Positions 52,741 to 62,652 are shown, numbered from the stretch's first letter. The stretch: DNA of 64,000 nt from an uncultured Nitrososphaerota archaeon (GCA_963701075.1 OY969559.1:480001-544000); one strand, 5' to 3'. Program-made: numbers and translations. The notes: generated from the letters alone by a model not told the origin.

Positions 52741-53895
52741 GTGGAAAAGGTCTGTGTTATTGGTGCTGGCAGCACAAAATATGGCAAGCTGCAAGACAGT
52801 ATTACCGATATTGCACTTCAAGCATCTGTAGAAGCAATAGAGAGTGCAGGAATAGGACCAAAGCAAATCCAAGCTGGATACATATCAAATGTATTTGGTA
52901 TTGCAGACAAGCAAGTTCATTTGGGTCCAGTAATAATGAGTAACCTTGGCATCCCAGAAGTTCCATCATTATCAATCGAGTCTGCATGTGGAAGCGGTTC
53001 GGTATCATTTCGAGAAGCATATGCAAATGTAGCTGCAGGATTTTATGATGTAGTTTTAGCAACTGGTGTTGAAAAAGTAACTCACACTGGTACTGAATGG
53101 ACTACTACATACTTTTCTTATTGTTCTGATTTCTTTTATGAAGGAGGTGACGGCGCATCATTTCCGGGATTGTTTGCATCTATGGCAAGAGCATATCTTG
53201 CAGAGTTCAAAGCAACTGAAGAAGATCTTGCAATGGTTGCAGTAAAAAATCACGATAATGGTTTACTTAATCCAAAAGCACATCTTCGCAAAAAAATTAC
53301 TATCGATGATGTATTAAAATCAGCAGTAGTTGCAAGCCCGCTGAAGCTATATGACTGCTGTCCATTTTCAGATGGAGCAAGTGCTGTAATTTTGTGTAGC
53401 GAAAAATTTGCAAAGGCTCATTCAAAAAATTACATTGAAGTAATTGGATCAGGAAGGGGTGGCTCACCTGCTGCACTGCAAGGAAGAGAGCATATTACTA
53501 CAATTCCAAGTACCCAGATTGCAGCTCAAGCCGCATACAAGATGGCTGGAATCACTCCAAAGGATGTAGATTTTGCTGAAGTCCACGATTGTTTCACAAT
53601 TGCCGAACTAGTTGACACTGAAGATCTCGGATTCTTCGAAAAGGGACAAGCTGCACAAGCAGTACGAGAAGGAAGAACAAAACTCAATGCAGATATTTCT
53701 ATAAATCCATCAGGAGGCCTAAAGTCAAAGGGACACCCAATAGGGGCAACCGGAATAGGACAGGTAGCTGAAGTCTTTGATCAATTGACAGGAAAGGCAG
53801 GAGAAAGAACTGTCAAAGATGCAAAAATCGGGCTAACTCACAACTTTGGTGCAACTGGCGCAAGCTGCGCAGTTCATATTTTCAAAAGTGTATAA
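52741..53895 (+). CDS. Archaeal acetoacetyl-CoA thiolase
   Basis: ESACGSG, EVHDCF, NPSGGLKSKGHPIGATG. Confidence 0.95.
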   Translation: MEKVCVIGAGSTKYGKLQDSITDIALQASVEAIESAGIGPKQIQAGYISNVFGIADKQVHLGPVIMSNLGIPEVPSLSIESACGSGSVSFREAYANVAAGFYDVVLATGVEKVTHTGTEWTTTYFSYCSDFFYEGGDGASFPGLFASMARAYLAEFKATEEDLAMVAVKNHDNGLLNPKAHLRKKITIDDVLKSAVVASPLKLYDCCPFSDGASAVILCSEKFAKAHSKNYIEVIGSGRGGSPAALQGREHITTIPSTQIAAQAAYKMAGITPKDVDFAEVHDCFTIAELVDTEDLGFFEKGQAAQAVREGRTKLNADISINPSGGLKSKGHPIGATGIGQVAEVFDQLTGKAGERTVKDAKIGLTHNFGATGASCAVHIFKSV

Positions 53896-53897
53896 TT

Positions 53898-54264
53898 TTG
53901 CTATCTAAAGAGGAATTTATCACTAATGCAAAGGTAGGAAAGATATTAGCAAGAAAATGCACTAAATGTGGACATCCTCATCTGGTAACTACATACTTTT
54001 GCCAAAATTGTGGAAACAAGGGATTTGAGAATGTAATAATTGATGGCAAGGGCACAGTCAGCTACCTATACCATAATAACCGTCCCGCCAGAAGGTTTTG
54101 AGAAAGCTGTTCCATATGCCTGGGTTGTTATGAATGTGGATAATTTCGAATTACGAATTTCCGGCTTTATGGCAAATATCAAATCGCCAGCAGATCTGCC
54201 TTTGGGTACAAAAGTAAAGATAACCGGATATGATGAACACGGAATGATCATCGAAAAGCAGTAA
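53898..54264 (+). CDS. DUF35 Zn-ribbon/OB-fold thiolase partner (apparent frameshift at 54059)
   Basis: CTKCG...CQNCG; repaired GKGTVATYTIITVPPEGF. Confidence 0.9.
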
Positions 54265-54335
54265 ATCAATTTTACCGAGTTAATTAAAAAAAACTAGGAC
54301 ATTTCTTTTATAACATTATCTGAGATCCCTTCTTA

Positions 54336-54497
54336 ATGTCAGTAGATGTTGTATGTGACAAATGTGGATCTAAAATAGCAAACATGCGGATGTTAAAATC
54401 GATCAAAGATGTAATGCGACCATACAACAGCAAATGCCCATCCTGCGGTCAAACGTTGTCATCATCGGAATTTACTGTAGACGTGCAAAAGAACTGA
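54336..54497 (+). CDS. Zinc-ribbon microprotein, 53 aa (not in ORF track)
   Basis: MSVDVVCDKCGSKI...NSKCPSCGQTL; TTTTATAA about 25 bp upstream. Confidence 0.8.
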   Translation: MSVDVVCDKCGSKIANMRMLKSIKDVMRPYNSKCPSCGQTLSSSEFTVDVQKN

Positions 54498-54565
54498 TCT
54501 AAAAAGTTTGCGTATCGATCAAACTAGTCACAAATCTTATTTACCGACATCAAGTAGACTTTGCT

Positions 54566-56662
54566 ATGGAACTGAGTGAAGACTTTGGTGATCAAAAGCG
54601 AGGAGGAATTTTACAGTCTGCATCCAAGCGAGTAAGAATGATCTTTTCTGTCATGGCAAGCCCTAACAGAATAGATATTTTAAGAATCTTAAACTCAAAA
54701 GGTCCACTCACATATTCAGAACTAAAGTCACTTGCTGGATTCAAATCAAAGAAAGAAAGCGGCAAGTTTGCATATCATCTTCGAAAATTATTACGCCAGT
54801 CTCTTGTGGCCTTGAACAAGTCTGAGAGAAGATACACCATTACAAATTTGGGCAAATTAGTACTAAGTCTTGCCAGGCAGATCGAGGAACGCTCAATTAT
54901 TGAGAGCGGCAAGATGTACGTACGTACATCACACGAATCTATAGAGGAATTTAACTCTCATAAAATAATCCAGTCTCTTGTTCGGGAAGGAAGTCTGCCT
55001 CTTGAACTTGCACAAAAGATAACAGAAGAGGTTGAAAACCGCATATACAAATTCCAGACATCATATCTTACCTCTTCATTAATACGTGAAATGGTCAATT
55101 CCGTGCTTTTGGAGCAAGGCCATGAGGACTATAGGCACAAACTAACACGATTTGGCCTTCCTGGATATGATATACATGAATTGCTGACTAATGTGGACGG
55201 TATCCATAACGGGGTGGAAGGTATGCTATTTAAAACAGGTCAAACCGTTTTCGGGGAGTATCTGGTATTGAACACACTGCCCAAGGATGTTGCTGATTCT
55301 CATCTTTCAGGCGATATTCATATTACAAACGCTGGTTTGTGGTCACTTCTTCCTGATACCATATTTGTAAACATCAAGGAGTTGATAGAAGACGGCATTG
55401 ATCTACGAGGCAAATTCTTGGGAGTAACAAGAACATCTGCTCCAAACTCTCTTGATGATCTGTCTACCTCTCTTTCAATTATAACATCACTTCTTATCAA
55501 AGAGGCCTCTCAGGAGGTTGTTATTGACGGACTGGTAGGATTATTACAAAAATATCCAAAAAATATGTCAGAAATTGAAGAAAAAATTGCAAATTCTTTT
55601 GCCAAAATATCTACTGCGCCTAAATATGGAAAAAATGAAGCGCTCGCATCGTTCAGAATTTCACTAGGCACAGAACCAAAACTTGTCGGCTCTATTCTTG
55701 CTGCCTATAAAAAATATGTAAAATCTACACCTTTGCCATCAATAGGCATCATAATAGATTATGAAAAAGGAAAGATTAACGAGTTTTCCGATATTCTGTC
55801 TGACATTATTGCATTAGGAGGGCGTGTAATGTTCTCAAAGGGATTGGCATCAAGCAAAGGTCTCTTTAAGGGAGATGCAAAGAGCACTTCGGTTACCTCA
55901 ATTAACTTGCAATCTTTGTCGATCAATATGCCACGACTTGCATTTGAATCAAACAAAGATGAAACTTACTTTAGGGCAAGGCTGGCATTGTTAATGAAAC
56001 CTGCTCTAGCAGCAATGTCTATACGAAAAAAGGAGATATCTGATCTTACGCGTAGAGGACTCAACCCGATCCTTGCAAATAATACGCAGTACATGCAAAA
56101 GGGTTCAGTTACATTAGTTGTTAATTTGTTAGGACTAAAGGAAGCAGTTTATGGAATACTCGGTTATGAGAATAACAAGGCTGGACAGGAAATTTTGGCA
56201 AAAGTTATAGCTACTGCTATTGAGGTGGCAGCCAAGAAAGGAAAAGAAATGGGTGACAATGTTACAATTTCTATAACTGAAAGTGATGCATCTGCTCGCT
56301 TTTCTTCATTGGATGGTGAAAAGTACGGTAAAATGTCAATTCATCCGCACGTAGAAGGTGAATCCTATTCGGAAGGAGTTACTATTGACGCCTCAGAAAT
56401 TGATGGAATGACTCCTAAGAGTGAAAAGATAGTCGAATCTAACCATCTTTCAAAGATGCTTAACGGCGGAGTACTAGTCCAACTCAAGATTCCAGACGCA
56501 ATGGATTCCTCAGGAATTAAGAAAGCAATAGAAAAAGCTGGAGAATTATTAGGTTCATTTAGGCCAATCAAAAAGGTGCCTATTTGTAGCAACTGCGGAC
56601 TTAAAGAAGAAACGATTGCAGAAAAATGCCCTGTCTGCAAATCGCCTTACATCCTAGCATAG
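54566..56662 (+). CDS. Winged-helix + ATP-cone + degenerate class III RNR (NrdD-like) fusion
   Basis: SPNRIDILRIL...AYHLRKL wHTH; VRTSHESIEEFNSHKI ATP cone; HLSGDIHI, SINMPRLA, GLKEA; terminal CxxC/CxxC; no RxxGY. Confidence 0.85.
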   Translation: MELSEDFGDQKRGGILQSASKRVRMIFSVMASPNRIDILRILNSKGPLTYSELKSLAGFKSKKESGKFAYHLRKLLRQSLVALNKSERRYTITNLGKLVLSLARQIEERSIIESGKMYVRTSHESIEEFNSHKIIQSLVREGSLPLELAQKITEEVENRIYKFQTSYLTSSLIREMVNSVLLEQGHEDYRHKLTRFGLPGYDIHELLTNVDGIHNGVEGMLFKTGQTVFGEYLVLNTLPKDVADSHLSGDIHITNAGLWSLLPDTIFVNIKELIEDGIDLRGKFLGVTRTSAPNSLDDLSTSLSIITSLLIKEASQEVVIDGLVGLLQKYPKNMSEIEEKIANSFAKISTAPKYGKNEALASFRISLGTEPKLVGSILAAYKKYVKSTPLPSIGIIIDYEKGKINEFSDILSDIIALGGRVMFSKGLASSKGLFKGDAKSTSVTSINLQSLSINMPRLAFESNKDETYFRARLALLMKPALAAMSIRKKEISDLTRRGLNPILANNTQYMQKGSVTLVVNLLGLKEAVYGILGYENNKAGQEILAKVIATAIEVAAKKGKEMGDNVTISITESDASARFSSLDGEKYGKMSIHPHVEGESYSEGVTIDASEIDGMTPKSEKIVESNHLSKMLNGGVLVQLKIPDAMDSSGIKKAIEKAGELLGSFRPIKKVPICSNCGLKEETIAEKCPVCKSPYILA

Positions 56663-56703
56663 CCGGCACATTTCCAGAATAAAAAAATTAGAAAATATTA
56701 TTG

Positions 56704-56719
56704 AATTTGTTCACAAATT
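56704..56719. promoter_or_regulatory. Inverted repeat AATTTGT-N2-ACAAATT upstream of nrdJ
   Basis: Perfect 7-bp arms in the intergenic region; function inferred only. Confidence 0.35.
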
Positions 56720-56879
56720 TTCACAGAATTCTTTTACGATTATATTGACGTATGGCGATCTATTACTATGAAAATCATAATGGTGTCAACAAAATTGATG
56801 CAAAGCTCAGCAATGCGAAAAAAAATTTTGCCGCAGACTTTATTTAACTCTCGTTTGATACTGGTACGGGGAGTGTAAA

Positions 56880-59537
56880 ATGACAGATTTTTCACAAATA
56901 GAGAATTCGATCATCGATGTAAAGAAGCGTGACGGCCGCGTATCTTCGTTCCAGAAGGATAAAATTTCAAACGCGATCTATAAAGCACTAGTAGCTTGTG
57001 GTAGGCCAGATCATGGATCAGCCGATAAACTAGCAAATCGTGTTATGGAAAAACTTGTGACTCATGGTTATTCGTCTTCAGCGTTACCAAGCGTAGAAGA
57101 TGTTCAAGATATGGTAGAATCAACCCTAATTGATGAAGGATTAGGGGAGATCGCTAAAGCATACATACTGTATAGACACGAACGCAGAAAGGTACGAGAA
57201 GAGAAATCAAAGGTACTTGAATCCACTACTCTTGATTCTGTTGCCAAGAAATTTGATCTTAATTGCCTTAGAGTCCTTGCCTCTAGATATCTACTCAGAA
57301 ACAACAAGGGCCAGATAACTGAAAGTCCTGGTGAGATGTTTGAAAGAGTTGCAACGCTTGTTGGAATCTCTGATGTTCTAAAAGATCCCTCTATCTTTAA
57401 TGTGGAGAGAGGTAACACACAAAATACAGAGGAAGCAGCAAAATATCTAGACAAGCTGGATGACTTTAACTGCAAATTCAAAATAGGAAAATATTATCTC
57501 AGCAAATATCACTTTAGATCACTAATACAGCACTACATTGACCTTGCCAAACGGGGCCAGATGAAGGTTAGCATCAAAGAATTTCTTACAATGCTGGCAG
57601 CAAACAAGTTCGAACAACATGCTGAAAGAATCAACGAATATTATGAAATGATGGCTTCTCAAGACTTTCTACCAAATTCTCCTACAATGATGAATGCAGG
57701 AGCACGACTTGGACAACTTTCTGCCTGTTTTGTGCTTGCAATGCCTGATGACATGGAAAAGATAATGAAGTCATCTTCTGACGCTGCTTTGATATTCAAA
57801 TCAGGCGGTGGTGTTGGTATCAATTATTCTGACTTGAGGCCAGAAGGAGATATGGTTGCATCAACATCGGGAGTTGCATCAGGCCCAGTCTCTTTCATGA
57901 ATATAATTAACACTGTTACAGAAGTGGTCAAGCAGGGAGGAAAACGAAGGGGTGCAAACATGGGAATCATAGAGTCATGGCATCCAGATATTGAGAAATT
58001 CATTACTGCTAAAACAAAGCCAGGTGTACTAGAGAACTTTAATGTAAGTGTAGGAGTCTGGGAAGACTTTTGGGAAGCATTGGTAAATTCACAAGATGGC
58101 AAATACACACTACGAAGTCCTCTGGACATGTCACCAGTCCGAGAAGTAAATGCGCATCATATTATTGATTTGATAGCACTATCTGCATGGAAGAGTGCAG
58201 AACCTGGATTGATCTTCTTTGATATAATCAACAAGTACAATGTATTTGCAAAGGCTCGCGGCGCACCACTTCGTGCAACAAATCCTTGTGGGGAACAAAG
58301 CTTGTATCCATACGAATCCTGCAATCTGGGATCAATCAATCTGGCTAACTTTGTAAAGAGAAAGGCAGATGGACAATACGAATTTGACTGGCAAAGATAT
58401 GAAGAAGCAATTAGAAAAACGACCAGATTCCTAGACAATATAATTGATGTCAACAACTATCCAATTCCAGAAATAGATCAGGCATCTAAGGACTCTAGAA
58501 GAATAGGGCTTGGAGTAATGGGAGTTGCCGACCTGTTATTCAAACTAAGGATCCCATACAATTCACAAGAAGGATATGAATTCCAAGAAAAATTAGCCGA
58601 GGCATTAACCTATTATTCTACAGAAGAAAGCATTGCACTTGCAAAAACACGAGGACCGTTTCCACTATGTTCAAAAACAGAATATCCCGAAGGGAAGATT
58701 CCAGTGGCAGGTTATTATGAAAAACCAAAGAATACTCGCACCTATGACTGGGATGCCTTGATAACAAAGATCCAAAAGCATGGAATCAGAAATGTTCTCA
58801 CCACTACAGTAGCACCCACTGGAACCTTGTCCATGATTGCAGATTGCTCCAACGGAATGGAACCAATGTTTGCACTAGTATTTGAAAAGCGAGTAACCGT
58901 AGGAAGATTCTTCTACACAAACAAGATATTTGAAGCAGTTCTCAAGGAACATGGCCTATACAGTGATCAGTTACTGGAAAAGATTGCAAATAACTATGGT
59001 TCAGTAAAAGGAATCCCAGAGATTCCAGAATGGATGCAGAAAATCTTTGTCACAGCAATGGACATTCACTGGACAGATCACCTGATGGCACAGGGTGTAT
59101 GGCAAAGATGGATAGGAAATGCCATAGCAAAGACAATCAATATGCCAAACGATGTATCATCTGACGATGTAAAGGCCGCATATCTGTTAGCACATGAACT
59201 CGGACTAAAGGGAATCACTGTATACAGAGACGGCTCAAGACATGAACAGGTACTTCACATGACAGGCGATGACGTACAAAAGACATTCCAAGTTACCCCT
59301 AGCGCGTATGTAACTGATTACATTTCAAAGAATATCACAAACGCTTATCTGAGAGTCCAAGTGGAGCGAGCACTTCAGATCAAGATTCCAGAAAGTGGAG
59401 TCATGCAATTGCCGCCAAAACTTACGGCTGAACAAATTGAAGAGATGCTATGTCCAACATGTAAAAATGCACTTGTGTTCGCAGAAGGCTGTAACATATG
59501 CATTGAATGTGGATACAGTGGATGCACATCTGGATAG
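56880..59537 (+). CDS. nrdJ: Class II (AdoCbl) ribonucleotide reductase with ATP cone
   Basis: VKKRDGR, PNSPTMMNAG, LSACFV, TNPCGEQ, VAPTGT, TVYRDGS. Confidence 0.96.
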   Translation: MTDFSQIENSIIDVKKRDGRVSSFQKDKISNAIYKALVACGRPDHGSADKLANRVMEKLVTHGYSSSALPSVEDVQDMVESTLIDEGLGEIAKAYILYRHERRKVREEKSKVLESTTLDSVAKKFDLNCLRVLASRYLLRNNKGQITESPGEMFERVATLVGISDVLKDPSIFNVERGNTQNTEEAAKYLDKLDDFNCKFKIGKYYLSKYHFRSLIQHYIDLAKRGQMKVSIKEFLTMLAANKFEQHAERINEYYEMMASQDFLPNSPTMMNAGARLGQLSACFVLAMPDDMEKIMKSSSDAALIFKSGGGVGINYSDLRPEGDMVASTSGVASGPVSFMNIINTVTEVVKQGGKRRGANMGIIESWHPDIEKFITAKTKPGVLENFNVSVGVWEDFWEALVNSQDGKYTLRSPLDMSPVREVNAHHIIDLIALSAWKSAEPGLIFFDIINKYNVFAKARGAPLRATNPCGEQSLYPYESCNLGSINLANFVKRKADGQYEFDWQRYEEAIRKTTRFLDNIIDVNNYPIPEIDQASKDSRRIGLGVMGVADLLFKLRIPYNSQEGYEFQEKLAEALTYYSTEESIALAKTRGPFPLCSKTEYPEGKIPVAGYYEKPKNTRTYDWDALITKIQKHGIRNVLTTTVAPTGTLSMIADCSNGMEPMFALVFEKRVTVGRFFYTNKIFEAVLKEHGLYSDQLLEKIANNYGSVKGIPEIPEWMQKIFVTAMDIHWTDHLMAQGVWQRWIGNAIAKTINMPNDVSSDDVKAAYLLAHELGLKGITVYRDGSRHEQVLHMTGDDVQKTFQVTPSAYVTDYISKNITNAYLRVQVERALQIKIPESGVMQLPPKLTAEQIEEMLCPTCKNALVFAEGCNICIECGYSGCTSG

Positions 59538-59580
59538 ATCCGCTGCTCTGAAATCAAAACTCTTTTAGTATCATCATTTA

Positions 59581-60705
59581 TTGAAAATAGCGTTGCAGAG
59601 AAAAACTATCGGGATTGTTATAGGTGGAGCAGCTGTTGCAGTTGCTGTTGCAGTATTCTTTCTTGTTATGCAGCCTCAAGTGCAACCACAACCTCAGACT
59701 CAAGTGACACCAAATCCAAAACTTGGCCTAGTCATCATGCCACCAACTGAGAGACCAACCTTTGATGAAGTGCATAATGCCTACATCCAGGCTGCATCAA
59801 CAGGTATAGGTCGAAGCAACGTCTACATGTTGTGGCCAATCATAGAACCACAACCGGGAACTTTCAATTGGCAAACCTATGATATTCTCATGGGCCTAAA
59901 CAGGGAACAACACCTCAACGTCACACTCTACTTTTCTATAATAAACAACGAAGAGCTTGGACCATTTCCAAATTGGTTGGGACATCCAAGTCTTGATGCA
60001 AATTTAGCAAACCAGACAGCAAGTGCGCTTGACGCAATTCTATCAAGATACTACATTGTGGATTATGTAATTATAGGTGGAGATGTTGATATTTACTTTA
60101 GAGATCATCCAAATGACATTCCAAAATATGTGGACTTTTTCAATTCCGTTTATGCTGATCTTAAGGCAAAACACCCCAATGTTAAGTTTGGAAACTGGTT
60201 TTCATTAAATGACCTGATAAATCACTCTGATTCTGATACGGTAAAAAAACTCAATCAGGGTGATTTTGTAGCGTATTCTTATGCTCCAGTTGATCTGGAA
60301 TTTTATCAAACCCAGAGTCCTGACGAAGAGGGACAAAATCTTCAGAAGATGATAGATTATGCAGGCGGGAAGAACATTGCATTAATGGAGATTGGGTGGA
60401 GCACGGATAAAGCAGTTAACGGAACAGAGGCAGATCAGGCACAATTTGTAAAGACTGCATTTGACTTTTACAGGAAAAATGAATCTCAATTTGAGTTTAT
60501 GACATGGTACAGGCAATATGACAGACCATTTGATACATGTTATAACGGCCTGAACGCAAACGTACAAACTTCATTTAGTAACAGTATTCTCTTGAATAAT
60601 ACAGCAGCATATCTTTGTAGTACGGGACTGATTGATGATAACAACAACACAAAGCCGGCATGGGATGAATTTAAGAATCAAATACAACAGAGTCCTAATT
60701 CTTAA
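59581..60705 (+). CDS. Membrane-anchored clan GH-A-like TIM-barrel protein
   Basis: WPIIEPQPGTFNW, ALMEIGWST, GLIDDNNNTKPAW. Confidence 0.7.
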   Translation: MKIALQRKTIGIVIGGAAVAVAVAVFFLVMQPQVQPQPQTQVTPNPKLGLVIMPPTERPTFDEVHNAYIQAASTGIGRSNVYMLWPIIEPQPGTFNWQTYDILMGLNREQHLNVTLYFSIINNEELGPFPNWLGHPSLDANLANQTASALDAILSRYYIVDYVIIGGDVDIYFRDHPNDIPKYVDFFNSVYADLKAKHPNVKFGNWFSLNDLINHSDSDTVKKLNQGDFVAYSYAPVDLEFYQTQSPDEEGQNLQKMIDYAGGKNIALMEIGWSTDKAVNGTEADQAQFVKTAFDFYRKNESQFEFMTWYRQYDRPFDTCYNGLNANVQTSFSNSILLNNTAAYLCSTGLIDDNNNTKPAWDEFKNQIQQSPNS

Positions 60706-61878
60706 TTGCAAAAAAGTGAATTTGCTAGTTTGAAAAATATATGTCTGGCAATTGTTGCTCTGCTCTCTACAAGTTTTGTCTCAGTATATGCAACTTATGA
60801 GCCTCCAACAACCCAAGAGCAAACTCTTTTCAATCAATTGCTTGCTCAACTTGAGAAGACCACTGTTCCTAAGACAGATGTAACAGACGTAATTCAGACA
60901 TTTGAAAGGCCACTTATCATAAGTTTTTCATGCAATGCTAATGACACAAATAATTTTGTAGTATCTGTAATCACTACTAAATTAGCTAAATTTGATGAAA
61001 ATAATTCTCATCAGGATGTGGTTACAGGAGGGACTTATACATGGAACTGTCTTGTTACAACAGAAGCAGGCAAGGTCACGCTTCAATGTAACAATGAGCT
61101 AAGACTTAATCCAGAAATTTTGTTAAATGGAACAGATGTAAACCCTACAGTTCATCAGGTGGAAAATCAAGTAGTCCTATATCATGAACTGCTTCATGGC
61201 CAATTAATGATTAATGCAATAAAATCCCTTGGTACTTGGAGGCATGAGATTTGCAACAAGACTCCCCAGCAACCAGTAGATTATTCGTATGCTGATCCTG
61301 ATCATAAAATAATCAATCCCCTACAAACCCAGTTTGCGTCTGAGCTGATGGAGGCGCAGGGAGGAGAAGTAATCACTAAAAATGTAATGCCAAATGATAC
61401 CGAAAATGGAAGATTTGCAATCAGAGTTTTCAATATACATGATTATCCCAAGCTCATAACTGGAGGTGAGGTAACTCTTAGGGCAGTTAACATGGATGAT
61501 ACTAAATTTGGCTCTTTCAACAATACAGTTCTTTTGGAAGGAACCCTTATCAATAAAACAGAATCGGGCATAGCGTGGTTTTATCTTTTTGATAATCAAA
61601 CTAGCAAAGAATCTACTCACAATTCCACCAGTGCTGTATGGGCAAAAAGAGTGGCAGGTCTATGGGCAAATGGAAAAGCAAGTGATTCTGATTTTTATAA
61701 TGTGATACAATATCTGACTCAACAAAACGCCACGGCATCAAATAATGAGGAATCCAGTGTAAATGTAATTCCTTATTGGTTAAAAAATACTGCTAATTGG
61801 TGGTTTGAGGGAAAGATAGATGATGCAACGTTTCTAAACTCAATTCAATATCTCATATCCAATAAAATAATTTCATAA
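60706..61878 (+). CDS. Secreted HEXXH metallopeptidase-like protein with two IPxW-WW-type domains
   Basis: LYHELLHGQ; IPYWLKNTANWW. Confidence 0.65.
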   Translation: MQKSEFASLKNICLAIVALLSTSFVSVYATYEPPTTQEQTLFNQLLAQLEKTTVPKTDVTDVIQTFERPLIISFSCNANDTNNFVVSVITTKLAKFDENNSHQDVVTGGTYTWNCLVTTEAGKVTLQCNNELRLNPEILLNGTDVNPTVHQVENQVVLYHELLHGQLMINAIKSLGTWRHEICNKTPQQPVDYSYADPDHKIINPLQTQFASELMEAQGGEVITKNVMPNDTENGRFAIRVFNIHDYPKLITGGEVTLRAVNMDDTKFGSFNNTVLLEGTLINKTESGIAWFYLFDNQTSKESTHNSTSAVWAKRVAGLWANGKASDSDFYNVIQYLTQQNATASNNEESSVNVIPYWLKNTANWWFEGKIDDATFLNSIQYLISNKIIS

Positions 61879-61889
61879 AAGTAGAACAA

Positions 61890-61963
61890 TGCGGTCGCCG
61901 GGATTTGAACCCGGGTAACGGGCTTGGAAGGCCAGTGTACTAACCAAACTATACTACGACCGC
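61890..61963 (-). tRNA. tRNA-Gly (TCC), intronless, CCA not encoded
   Basis: Acceptor GCGGTCG/CGACCGC, anticodon loop CTTCCAA, GGTTCAAATCC T-arm. Confidence 0.95.
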
Positions 61964-61983
61964 TCACACTGCCAATCTTATAC

Positions 61984-62652
61984 CTACATAATAATTCTTT
62001 TTTCGCACTCGTATAGTATGCGAGAAATAATTATGTGAGCTTCAAGAGGACTCTTGTCAACTGATATCATCTTGTCAAAGTGCTTCTTGATATCATCAGA
62101 AAACTGTCCTTTTGCAAAACCTCCAACCACAATGCATGTGTCTTTGTCTGTTTCTTCTGCAAGTTGCTGATAAGAAGATGATATTCCTTTGCTTGAGAGC
62201 CCAATCACCTGCTTGGGACTGATTTTTTTGATCAGGTCATCAAAATTCATTTTTTTTATTTCAAGCAGATTTTTACCGTCTTCTTCAATCTTGCCTTCCA
62301 AATATAATTTCTCGATGAGGCCTGCAAATCGGTGATAGGACTTTGGCAATCTTACTGACTTGTCAAAGAATATGACCCTGTCATCAATTGTGTGTACAAA
62401 GACTTGGAGCCTATTTTCAAAATAGATGGGTATACTGCAAGCCTCAAGAAGGCAAAAATGTACCAAATCTGGCCTACCTCTTTTTATCTCATTTTTTATC
62501 TTCTTCATAGCAGCAAAGTGCCATGATACATCAAGGAGAATTTCAGATGGTTTTTTGTTAAATTTCCTAGCTGACGCAAGAACGGAATTGTGATTTTGAA
62601 GCTCTTTAGGTACTAACTCCAATGCTGATTCTGCTATTACTAGTGCAAGCAA
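61984..62652 (-). CDS. nep1: 16S rRNA pseudouridine N1-methyltransferase Nep1/Emg1
   Basis: ESALELVP, RGRPDLVHFCLL, RLPKSYHRF, VGGFAKG. Confidence 0.93.
   Translation of the reverse strand: MLALVIAESALELVPKELQNHNSVLASARKFNKKPSEILLDVSWHFAAMKKIKNEIKRGRPDLVHFCLLEACSIPIYFENRLQVFVHTIDDRVIFFDKSVRLPKSYHRFAGLIEKLYLEGKIEEDGKNLLEIKKMNFDDLIKKISPKQVIGLSSKGISSSYQQLAEETDKDTCIVVGGFAKGQFSDDIKKHFDKMISVDKSPLEAHIIISRILYECEKRIIM

Noticed and set aside
54566-56662. Functional anaerobic ribonucleotide reductase
   Set aside because: No catalytic Cys, no glycyl-radical loop, no activase nearby
61890-61963. tRNA-Gly as an integration site; U-C mismatch in the anticodon stem as an editing signal
   Set aside because: No duplicated tRNA 3' end or integrase seen; a single mismatch could be natural or a read error
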